From the NCBI RefSeq assembly GCF_030144855.1, contig NC_082709.1, positions 149,234,001-149,298,000 on the forward strand: 64,000 nucleotides of DNA, read 5' to 3'. Below the pieces are notes generated by a model that was not told the origin of the DNA, ran no database searches, and saw nothing but the letters and a program-made list of their open reading frames with translations. Origin of the DNA: Hypanus sabinus (Eukaryota). Of this stretch, positions 24,887-36,203 are shown one piece after another. The stretch's first letter is position 1. Each line of letters opens with the position of its first letter. The position numbers and the translations under genes were made by a program.

Positions 24887-27800
24887 TTGAAAAGATGTGT
24901 TTCTCCAAACAGTCATTATACTCTCCAACAAAGCTTCCTCAATTTATTGCTTCTTACCGTAAATACCGATCTATAAGCCAGGACTTTGGCCCTAACTTCC
25001 TAACTTAAAGTTAGTTGTTACCTGAGCACCTTTGGTCTTCAACCTATCATTGACGTTTCCTTCTCTCCACACTGTCTGCCCCTTCCTTCTCTCCACTCTC
25101 TGCTTAGTTTCTTATTTTTTCTGGTTTTGGAACCTTGATAGGGATGGCTGGTCATGTGACATGTGACTTATGTTACTTATTATTTTCACATTTCTGGTTT
25201 TGTTTTGGTTTAAAACCATGTGCAGCTTTGTGACTTATTATGTGACTAATATATGACTTATTATTTTCACATTTCTGGTTTTGTTTTGGTTTTAAAACCA
25301 GCTTTGTTAATCAAGCATGCAGCTTGATTAATGCAGTTAAGCATTGCAGCTTTGTTAATCAAAATGGCTAGTCTTTAATATGTTGTGGTTAAACTAATGA
25401 TAGTTTTCTTGATGAGTTTTATGGCTAGCATAGCAAGTAACATAGTGGTTGTTGCAGCACTGAAGTAAGGGATTGAAGAATTACCTGTGCTAGTGGAAGT
25501 GGTGGATGTGGGTTTGATTTGAATATCTAGGTGAATTTTGGGTATGTATATAGATGGGAGTGTATGGAGGGTCGTGGTCCGGTGTCCATTGATGGGACTA
25601 GGCAGAATAATTTGGTGTGGTCTAGATCGGCTGAAGGACAGGTTCCTGTGAGGTAGTGTTCTATAGGCGATTGTAATTAACCAAAATTACAGCAATGTGA
25701 TTGTATCTTCCTGGCAGATGAAAGCAAAAAGAAAGAGGTGATAGGTTTTCAATAACACCACTAATATGAATTAATGTTCAAGGATTCCATGTGTTTGGTT
25801 GCTGACTTCTCATGTCAAACAAGAATTGTGATTTGTGTATATGTAAGGACTTAAATTTTAAGAGCAAGTAAAAATACTGCTAGGTGGTAGATAAATAAGA
25901 ATAAATTAGAACTGTGAGGCACAAGCAAAATATGTAATTTACATATAGCTATATATGAAATTTATGAGACTGCTATACAATTATGGAGGAAGTTAATGCT
26001 CCTTAAAACTTAGTTTTGTATGTTTTGTGTGCGAGGCACTTTCTACAATTACTGATTTTCTGAAAGTTCATTCTACAACTATTTGCAAAGATCTTGTTTT
26101 AAAAAAGCTTTTAGCAATTTGAATAAAAACTTTCATTTTAATTCCCTTCCTCTTTCCGTGTGTGTGTGATTTATTATTTGAATTACTATTGATAGGATTG
26201 TGAAATTAATTACACAAGGATGAGGTGTTACTTTGTTTAATGTCTTCAATTACATGAAAATCTCCAGGTTCAAATGCAAAACCCCCATGTATTAAGAGAG
26301 GGAATTTTGAAAAGGCAAGTTGCACACCACCCTGATGATTTAATTCCTATATATCATTGCAAAGTTTAGGTTCTGGAATGATCAATATCTAGAGCATGCA
26401 CTGAGATTTTCTTGCTTTAGGAAGCAGTACATAAGTACATTCTTAATGTTGTAGAATGAGCATGTATACGTGAATGCCCATAAATCCATTATGCAGTTTT
26501 CTGGAGGATGTTCCTGCCTGCAACCTCCTTGGCCAGCATACACCCTAACTAGAAACCTGGCGAGAGTACCTTCTCAAAAGTAGTTAGTGTTGCAGTAAAT
26601 GTTGATTTTTGTCACCAATGCCTTCATCGTATAAATGGATTAAAAAAAAACATCAGAATCTAATCATCATCTCCATTATTTGATAGTTATAGTCGGCCAC
26701 TTTGAAATGGAATTACATTTGTTCTTAACAAGAGAAGCATCTTAGTGAACACTTAGAACCAGGGAACAATGTAGTAGGCACTGAATAACGAGCTAAAATA
26801 AAAAGTCAAAGAATGCCACTGCAGGAAAACGTACTTTAAAAACCAAATTTTCTATCACTGAGATTGACATTCAGGTTGTAGAAGACAGGCAGAAAAAAAT
26901 CCAAGGACATTGAGAGAGCCAGCCATTGGTTTCTATAACACAGCCCTGAAGAAAAGGAATGCAGCTGTGTTCTTATAACAGTAATTCAACTCCTGAAGAC
27001 TTAAGCAATGCTCAAATTCATTCTGAGTATATTGCAATTGTATTTCACCCCATGGATGATCCTGAACGACTGCTGCTGTCCATAATTGACACCACGGTTA
27101 CATGGAGCCAGTAGTTAAATAAATGACAGGATCATGAAATGTTTTCACCATTGCAAGGGAAATCACTGAGCTAGAATCTGCTCAAGTATAAGCTCAATCT
27201 GGCCTGATTACAGCCAAACTATCTTGTCTTTTATAGAATACTTAAAGGATTCTCTACACAACCAACAGGATGCAGAGAGAGTAAAATGGAAGGAAAATAC
27301 TTATGAATAATAGATTTCATTACTGATCAAAGTTAATAAGTGGATGAATTTGACTCATGAACTCTTGGGTCTCTTGATATAAACTCAAGCTGAATAGAGT
27401 CCTAGGTCACAGTGCATTTTATAAATCACAAGGAATTCTGGATTTATAGCATGTTCTAGGTGAGTAACCAGCAATGTATTATTTTACACGTTACAGAAAG
27501 CTCCCATTGGATTTTAAAGAATGTCAGCATTCTGGCCTGTTTTAGGAAGAAGGAAATAATCCAGCCATCTCCTTAGTAACAAGATATCCTTTAGGGTGCT
27601 GGCCATCACTGCAGATTAAAATTTTCTAATTCACACCCCAAAGGGGAAAAATGACCCAGGCTGGGAACTTTGCAATTATTTGGCATGCGACATGGAAAAC
27701 AAACAGTGAATGCTGCTTTCTCCAACCAATAAATAAAAAGGATTTAATTACCTTTTATCTCTTAGATTGTATCTAATCACTTTCGAAGTCAAACTGGTTC

Positions 27801-30199
27801 CTGATTCTGTTTCTTCCTCAATTCAAGTAAATTACATTTTAACAAGGCTCGGCTGTAGAATAATATAAAATCGAAATATTGGTCTTTGAAGTTGAAAGTA
27901 AATTTGTTAATGAAATACATTATTTTACCATTTACAACCCTGAGATTCATTTTCTTGCAGCTGTACCCGGAATGTCCATCGAATAATAACCAAAGTAGAA
28001 ACAGTATAAGACTGCACCAAATTGGCCATTCAACCAATGTGCAAAAGACAATGAAGGGTGCAAATGTAGAAAGAAAGAATAAATCATGATAATAAAAAAA
28101 GGCAATAAATATTGGAAATGTGAGATGACAAATCATGAAAACGTGTCATTGACACATTTCAATGATGGGGCAAGTGAAGTTATTCCCCTTGGTTCAAGGG
28201 GTGGTTGAGGAGTAATAGCTGTTCCTGAACCTGGTGATGTGAGTCCTGAGGCATCTTCTTCCTGATGGCAGCAACGAGAAGACAGCATGTCCTGGGTGGT
28301 GGATAAATCAAGCAATTTTACATCGAGATTTATAGTAAGTATAACTTCTTTCAACTGTGCATTCACTGATTCAACTCTCAGCTGTTCTTAAATTTAACCC
28401 AGTATTCGACCTTGGCCACGCAAACCAGTGTTCTCCTGCCTCCTCCAGTTTAATAAGATGTCATCTGATGAAAGGTGACCAAGTTTACCACTCTGTCAGG
28501 AAAGATGAAGACAGAAACATTTCAAGAATTGATTTATACATTGGTTTGCTGGATGTGGTCCAAGGCATCCACAACTGCAGATACAAAATTACTTTTTTTT
28601 TGTAGACCATGAGAAATCGCATACTTACCAGAGCAAACGATGATAATGGAAACAAATTAGATTGGAAACCTCTCTATCAGAGTGTATGGATGCAAATTTC
28701 CTATCTCTGCTTGTCATGCTACTTACTCTCAGTGGCCGGTTTGTTAGGTACACCAGTACCCCTGCTCGTTAATGCAAATATCAGCCAATTGTGGCAGCCA
28801 CTTAGTGCACAAAAGCATGCAGACAAGGTCAAGGTGTTCAGTTGTTGCTCAAACCAACATCAAAATGGGGAAGTGATATAATCTAAGTGATTCTGTTCAT
28901 AGAATGATTGTTTGTGCCAGGTGAGATACTTTGAATATCTCAGTAACTAACTGCTGACCTCCTGGGATTTTCATGCACGCAGGCTCTTAGAGTTTTAAAG
29001 TTCAATGTTTACAGAGAATGGCGCAAAAAAAACCATAACATTTAAAAAAAACAGTGAGGGGGGTTCTGGGGTTGAAAATGCCTTGCTAATGAGTGAGGTC
29101 AGAGGAGGATGGCCAGACTGGTTCAAATTGGTGGGAAGGTGACAGTAACTCAAATAACTCCAAGTGGTGTGCAGAAGAGCATCTCTGAACACACAAGCCA
29201 AACTTTGAAGTGAGTGGGCTATAGCAACAGAAGACCATGGACATTCAATCAGCGGCCACTCTATTAGGCACCTCTTGTACCAATAAATTGACCACTGAGT
29301 GTATATCTATATTATAGTGTCTTAGCTATGCCTGAATCCCCTGCGCATCAAACACCCACTTACGCTATTTCTGTGTTTATGCAAATTTTTATCATGCTCA
29401 CATCCTTGTTAACTCTCCTGAGATTCTACAACTCACCTGTACACCAGGAGCAGGTACACAGAAATCATAACAAGCAACACGTCTAGGATATGGGAGAAAA
29501 CCAGAGTAAACACGCACAGTCACAGGGAGAACATGCAAACTCCATGTAGGCAGTACTAGAAGTCAGGATTACACCTAGTTAGTTAAATTGGAAGGCAACA
29601 GCTCTATTCTCTGCAGCACTGCTGATCTTCCATAACAGCACATGGAGTCTGAGTGCACAGCTCTACTTTGCAGAGTATGATTCTTTGACAGACTTCCAAC
29701 CATAAACTCAAAGGTTCAAGATTCAAAGTACATTTATTATCAAAGAATGTGTGCAATATACAACCCTGAGATTTGTCTTCCCTCAGTTAACCACAAAACA
29801 AAGAAAAACCATGGATCCATACAAAGAAATTCCCAACATGCAAAAAAAAGGAACACATCAAGCAAACAACAAAAAAGAAAACAAGTGAAAACACAGAATA
29901 TAAAACACCAAACTACAAATCATCCAACCAGTCCAGACGTATTCAGTTCAGCTCAATCTAGCTCTGTGTTACTCGTTAACTTCAGGTTGCAGAACTAGTC
30001 CACTCCAATCAAAATCGCACAAAATATCAACAAAAAAAGTGCGACTGGAAACCAAGAACACATCGTAACGTGAACTACAGAGTCCAATTCACAAAACACA
30101 TCAATCAAACCTTGCCCAAGACCCAGGATGCCCTGCACCATCTCTCAGCAGCTTTGAGTGACAGCATTTGGGTAGATAGAGGCTGATTTGGAGGAGTTA

Positions 30200-31450
30200 G
30201 GATAGCTTTGAACATGCTAGCTGAATCTTTTAGAGCTCTTTGAAGAGGTAGCCAAAAGGGTAGATGAAGGCAGAGCAGTGGATATTGTCTACTTGGGCAT
30301 CAGCAAGCCTTCACCAAGGTCCCGCATGATGGCCTAGTCTGCAAGGTTAATTCTCATGGAATCCAGTGAGAGCTATTTAGAACATAGAACACAGAAATAA
30401 TCTACAGCACATTACAGGCTCTTTGGCCCAAACTGTTGAGCCGACCATGTAACCTACTCTAGAAACTGTTTAGAATTTCCCTAGGGCATAGTCTTCTATA
30501 TTTCTAAGATCCATGTACCTATCTAAGAGGCTCTTTAAAGAACCTATTGTATCCGCTTCCACCACCACCGCCAACAGTACATTTCACATAGCCAACACCC
30601 TCTGTGTGAAAAACTTTCCTCTGACATCCCCTCAGTACCTACTTCCAAGCACACTAAGACTATGCCCCCTCTTGTTAGTCATTTCAGCCCTGGGAAAATG
30701 CCTCTGATTATCCACACGATCAATGGCCCTCATCATCTTATACTCCTCTATCAGGTCACCTCTCATCTCCCACCACTGCAAGGAGAAAAGACCAAGTTCA
30801 CTCAACCTATTCTCATAAGGTACACCCTCCAATCCAGGCAACATCCTTGTAAATCTCCTTTGCACTCTGTCTATGGTATTCACATGCTTCCTGTAGTGAG
30901 GTGACCAGAACCGAACACAGTACTTAAAGTGCAGTCCGATCAAGGTCTTCTGGGTAGGTTGGTTGATGGGTAGGAAGCAGAAGGGGGTGGTGGTTTAAGG
31001 TTGTTTCTCAGAACAGTGGCCAGTGATTACTCTTGTGCCACAGGGACACTCATGTTGGACCTTTGTTATTCATTATTTATATGAGGATGTAAATCCTCAC
31101 AACCACAAGGCTTGATCAGCAAGTTTGTGGATAGCGCAAAATAAGGGAAGTGGTGTTGTTAGTGAAGGAGGTTACCATCGAGTACAGGGGATCTTGATCG
31201 GTTAGAGAAGTCGGCCAAAGAATGGCAAATTGATTTCAATACAGATAAATATGAGGTGATGCATTCTGGAAAGTCAAATCAGTTTAGGACCTATATTATG
31301 AATGGCAGCGCAATAGAGAGTGTAGAGAAATTGTGGGGTTAATGGGTGGGCAGGAGTGCAAGTGATTAGTTCAGTAAAATCTGCAACGCAGGTAGACAGT
31401 GTGGTGAAAAAGATCTTCAGCATGATGCCGTTCATCAATCAGGGCAAGTA
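30200..31450. mobile_element. Nested CR1 LINE fragments on both strands
   Basis: YCVRFWSPHYRKHVNTIDRVQRRFTRMLPGL on the minus strand (30632-30943) lies inside a plus-strand CR1 RT piece. Confidence 0.65.
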
Positions 31451-31589
31451 CATTTAGAATCAGAGTGAGGTTTATTTTCACTAACTTAGGTCATGAAATC
31501 TGATATTTTGTGGCAGTGCAATACAGGACATAAAAATTACTACATGTTACAAAATAAACAAACAGTGCAAAAGACAAATAATGAGGTAG

Positions 31590-32250
31590 TGTTCATGGAT
31601 ACTGTTCAGAAATCTGATGGCAGAGGGGAGAAACTCTTCTTAAAGTTTTGAGTGTGGGTCTTCAGGCTCCTGTACTGCCTCCTGTGGAAGTAGTAATGCA
31701 AAGAGGGCACGTGCCAGAAGGATGCCGCCTTCCTGAGCTGCTGCCACTTGAAGGTGCCCTCGATGGTGGGAAGTATCGTGCCTGTGATGGAAATGGCTGA
31801 ATTGCCAAACCTCTGCAACCTCGTGCTGTTCTGCACATTGAGGGCTCTGCGCCGGGCTGTGACACAACCAGTCGGAATGCTCTCCACGGTAGGAATTTGC
31901 AAGAGACCTTGGTGACATACCATATCTCCTGGAACTCCTAATAAAGTAGAGCTGTTGATGTCCCTTCTTTGTGATTGCATCATTGTGTTGGGCCCAGGGT
32001 AGATTTAATGAGACATGGATGCCCAAGAACTTAGAAGTTGCTCACCCTTCCTACCCCTGAGTCCACAATGAGGAGAGGGTTGGATCTCCTGACTCCCCCT
32101 TTCAGAAATCCACAGACAAATACTCACACTTGCTGCTGTTGTTATGACACACTCAATCAGCAGATCTATTTCACTTTTGTATGCCTCCTTGTCTCCTGCC
32201 TTGGAGTTGGGACAGCTGGACTTGGTCACTGTGGATCTTTATTCCTCAGA
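31590..32250 (-). mobile_element. Rex1/Babar-like LINE fragment
   Basis: KKGHQQLYFIRSSRRYGMSP and VESIPTGCVTA motifs. Confidence 0.6.
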
Positions 32251-33559
32251 GTGTAAGAGAATGGTGGACAACCTTATAGAAGCATTTTAAATTATGGGAG
32301 GCATGGGTCCGAGGAATGGAAGCCGTCTTTTTCCTGGGAAGGAAACCCAAATCAGAGGGCATAAACTTAGGGTGGGGGGGGGGGATTTAAAAGGGATCCC
32401 AGGGACAACTTTTTCCACGCAGAGGGTGATGAGTACAGGAACAAGCTGCCAGGGGAAATGGTTGAGGAAGAACCAGTATCAGAATGAGAATCAGGTTTAT
32501 TAATATTGAAATATGTCGCAGAATTTGCGGCAATGGTACAGTGACAGACATAAAATATCTAAATGGTGCAATAGCATTAGGTAAGAAGCACTTGCGGGAA
32601 GAGGCCTGGGGGGATATGGGCTGAATGCGGGAAGTTGGAACTGGCTAAATATGGATAACGTGGTCTGCATGGGCCGGTTAAACCGAAGGCGCTGTGTTTG
32701 GGCCCTGTCCTTCCGTGACTCCAAGACTCAGCCGATATCTCACGATACCACAGCGGACAAGTCCTCACCTCACTTGAGTGATCGATCTCTTAAACCGGGT
32801 GATCATTTGCTGAAATGAGAACTGAACATGCTCCACCCAACGAGTCCGGCAGCCACTGTTGAAAGGGCGACATTTTTACTGTTTCATCTCCCAATGAAGT
32901 GATAACTCAGTACCGACCAGCGTCTCCAAGCGAACTTCCCTACCCCCGATTCTGCTCATTCACCGAGTTCCTCCAGCAAACCCTTACCTCTGAGTCTGCT
33001 TGAGTCACACTCTCTCTCAGAAACGAGAACATCTTTTTCTCATTTTTTATGGATGCTATCTGACCTGCTGAGTGTTGCCACCATTTCCCGTTTCTATTTA
33101 CGTGCATCTGCGAGCTTTTCAGAAAATATTCTCAGTGGTTATTTACAAATTCCAGCTTCTCGTTTGCCTAATCCATCAGTTGTGAGTGCAAGACGGCCAA
33201 TGCTCGGAAGGATTGAAGAGTTCAGGGTCACAAGACAAAGGAGCAGAAGTAGGCCATTCGGCCCATCGAGTCTGCTCCGCCACTCCATCATGAGCTAAAC
33301 TATTCTCCCCTCCAGTTCCAATTTCCGGCTTTTTCCCCATATCCCTTGACACCCTGACTAACTAGATACCCATCAATCTCCTCCTTAAACATCCTCAATG
33401 ATTGGGCCTCCAGTTGTTTAATTAAATTTTCCGCCAGTCTGCCGCAGATGTGACGTGCTGAGGAGAAACCGCCACAAATTCGCAGCGATTTTGCACTTTA
33501 CAAAGTGACCATCAGCGCTGGGTGACTCCTGTCCCGAGTCGACGCCTCCTTTACCCAAC

Positions 33560-33608
33560 ATGTCACTACTCGGAAGCTTACTGTACTCGGTCTGGCTGTT
33601 TCTCCCGG
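33560..33608 (+). CDS. VJ-C1-C1-ITIM receptor, exon 1 leader (MSLLGSLLYSVWLFLP)
   Basis: ATG followed by hydrophobic codons and donor G|gtaatt. A 93-nt phase-1 intron leads to the V exon. Confidence 0.85.
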
Positions 33609-33701
33609 GTAATTCGCGCGCTATCTCCGTTTGGCATTTATTCTCGTTGTCCTCTCATAATTTTGGATCTTGTTGCTAATTGCGGCGATTTTCTGTTCTA
33701 G

Positions 33702-34034
33702 CTCCCGCTGTTGGCCTGAAAGTGAACCAGACACCTTCGGCTCTGACCCTTCTCCGAGGACAGACAGCTCGGATCTACTGTTCCCTGTTATCCGGGGACG
33801 AGCCGGTGGATTCGGCGAGGTATTATTGGACTCGGACACGAGACAAACCTGTAAACGGGTCCAGTAATTTCCTGAAAAATAACACTCGGATCTGTCTATC
33901 GGGGAAAGAAGGCTGGCTGGTCATTCGCGACGTGACTGTGGATGACTCTGACACTTACCAATGCTCAGCGCTGACAATGGATTCGAACCCCTGGAAAACA
34001 TATTTTGGAAGCGGAACAGAAGTGACCATCCGAG
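33702..34034 (+). CDS. VJ-C1-C1-ITIM receptor, exon 2: germline-joined VJ-type IgV domain
   Basis: KVNQTP, GQTARIYC, YYW, LVIRDVTVDDSDTYQC, then a J-like FGSGTEVTIR in the same exon. Acceptor ttctag| and donor G|gtacgt. Confidence 0.92.
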
Positions 34035-34891
34035 GTACGTGTGAAATGAAAGCAGTAAACGCTTGAAATACTCAGCAGGCCGGGCAAAGTGTGAAGCGAG
34101 GGAACTGGGGTCAATGCCTCAGACCAATGGCCGAGCTGGATAACGGGTCTTTAGGTCCTTTTCTCCAAACGCGCCCTGACCTGCTGGAGGAATCCTGTCT
34201 TCTCCGCGTTTGGTTTCTGTTTTGCTTCTGACCCAAAGTAACCAGATTAACCAACATCGAAACAATCTCCCGCATGGGGAAGGGAAGACCTGTCGCTGAA
34301 TTCATCAGCGCCACCACGTCCCAAAAATTCACTGGTAGAGAGGCGGTTAAAAGAGCCGACAAGAAACGCCAGAGGGATTGGTAATGGGGAATCGGCACCG
34401 CGAAACCTCCTGTTTGGGACTCACTGCCAGTGTAATTTGCATCCTGGGACTAAAGTTTACCTGGTCGAAAGAAAGTGAAAAATAAAACTAGAAAGTGCTG
34501 GAAACACTCAGCAGGTCAGGTCGCAAATGCGCAGAGAGAAACAGAGTTAATGTTTGGTATGGAAGACCTTTCGTTAGAGCTCTTCGACTCTTCCACCAGA
34601 CCCGCTGGATATTTCCAACGGGTTCTGTTGTTCAAAAAAATTATTTTAGATCTCCGGCATCTTTTTATTTTTTTATTTCACGCGCTGTAACATTTCACAT
34701 TCATTCCGTTCCCGGGCTGTAGTTTGTTTCTCTTCGGGCCAGTGTGAATTTAGAGACATAAAATAATTAATTCGGTTCAGAGTGTTACCTTTGTATCGTG
34801 CACCCGTCTTCAGTTGTGTCCACTGTTGCTGTCTGTATCCATCTGGGTTACAGCAACATTCACCATGTGTTAATTCTCCCGTTATCTGCAG

Positions 34892-35185
34892 CGAAGCCTG
34901 ACGTCTCCCTCTGTCTGGATCCCAAGAACGAAGCCGCTGGGGTTCAGACCCTGATTTGTGTGGCTGCGGGATTTTTCCCGAAAGATCTGAGTATTTCTTG
35001 GACCGTAACGGGAAATGTCTCGTATGAAACAGAGGCGGATCTGCTGAGGGTAAACGAGGACAAAACCTACAACCTGAGCTCCCGGCTGCGGGTGACCGAC
35101 TCTCGGCGGGGGTCAGTACCCGACATCACCTGCCTGGTTCACCACGTTACAGGGAGTGTGAGGAAAAGTTTCACTTTCAACCGAG
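34892..35185 (+). CDS. VJ-C1-C1-ITIM receptor, exon 3: C1-set domain a
   Basis: KPDVSL...TLICVAAGFFPKDLSISW...TYNLSSRLRV...ITCLVHH are C1-set motifs. Acceptor ctgcag| and donor G|gtaggt, 294 nt, phase 1-1. Confidence 0.92.
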
Positions 35186-35909
35186 GTAGGTGTTTCACAC
35201 AGGGAATAAATCCCACAACCTGCTCCTCCCAATTACGGGTGAAAATTGGAAGTAAAAATAGGGATTTTTGATGGGGTATCGGAACCGTGAAAAATCCTTG
35301 TTGGAATGTCCTGCCAGTGTAATTTGCATCTTGTGACTAAAGTTTGCCGGGTCGAAAAGAACTGAAAAGTAAAACTAGAAAGAGCTGGAGACACTCAGCA
35401 GGTCAGGTCGCAAATGCGGAGGGGAAAACAGTTTCTGGTGCTGCTGCAACTTATTTTCTGCTACTTATCTATTTAATACTGTTTTAATATTACTGTTTTA
35501 TTTTTATCTACCGCTTTGTTTGATTGCCTGTGAGGAAGCCAAACAGGGCTTCATTGTACCTATGTACAATAAGGATCATTCAATTCAAATTCATTTCAAT
35601 TAATGTTCGGTATTGAAGACCTTTCGTCAGAAATTCTGCGTCTTTCTGTGTGTTCTGTCTGTTTTACATTCTAAATCTGCAGCATCTTTTTTATTTACAC
35701 CCGCTGTAACATTTCAAGTTCATTCCGTTACCGGGCTGAATTTTGTTTCTCTTCCTGCCGGTGTAAATTTTCAGACATAAAATAATCAACTCGGTTCAGA
35801 GTGTTACCTTTGTATCGTGCACCGTCTTCAGTTGTGTCCACTGTTGCTGTCTGTATCCATGTGGGTTACAGCAACATTCACCATGTGTTAATTCTCCCGT
35901 TATCTGCAG

Positions 35910-36203
35910 CGAAGCCTGACGTCTCCCTCTCACTGGATCCCAAGAACGAAGCCGCTGGGGTTCAGACCCTGATTTGTGTGGCTGCGGGATTTTTCCCGAA
36001 AGATCTGAATATTTCTTGGACTGTAACGGGAAATGTCTTGTATGAAACAGAGGCGGATCCGCTGAGGGTAAACGAGGACCATACCTACAACCTGAGCTCC
36101 CGGCTGCGGGTGACCGACGCTCGGCGGGAGTCAGTTCCCGACATCACCTGCCTGGTTCACCACGTTACAGGGAGTGTGAGGAAAAGTTTGACTTTCAACC
36201 GAG
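35910..36203 (+). CDS. VJ-C1-C1-ITIM receptor, exon 4: C1-set domain b
   Basis: 294-nt copy of exon 3 with 12 nt and 8 aa differences. Splice sites and frame are intact. Confidence 0.88.

Noticed and set aside
25175-25351. 44-bp direct repeat, a 10-bp-stem hairpin (25307-25331) and a nearby CTAG suggesting a Helitron end
   Set aside because: The hairpin is AT-rich, no matching 5' TC end was identified, and the region follows a DNA-transposon-like terminus at ~24955. Most likely decayed subterminal repeats.
22348-27415. Isolated CACAGTG heptamers as possible RSS (~22348, ~27408)
   Set aside because: There is no correctly spaced ACAAAAACC-like nonamer, and they are far from the V exon.
34435-35329. 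Ig octamer ATTTGCAT in the V-C1 intron and its duplicate (34435-34442, 35322-35329), recalling the IgH intronic enhancer
   Set aside because: The same octamer occurs several other times in the window (e.g. ~13570, ~21445, ~28690, ~28770, ~29380, ~60065), so it is consistent with AT-rich background.
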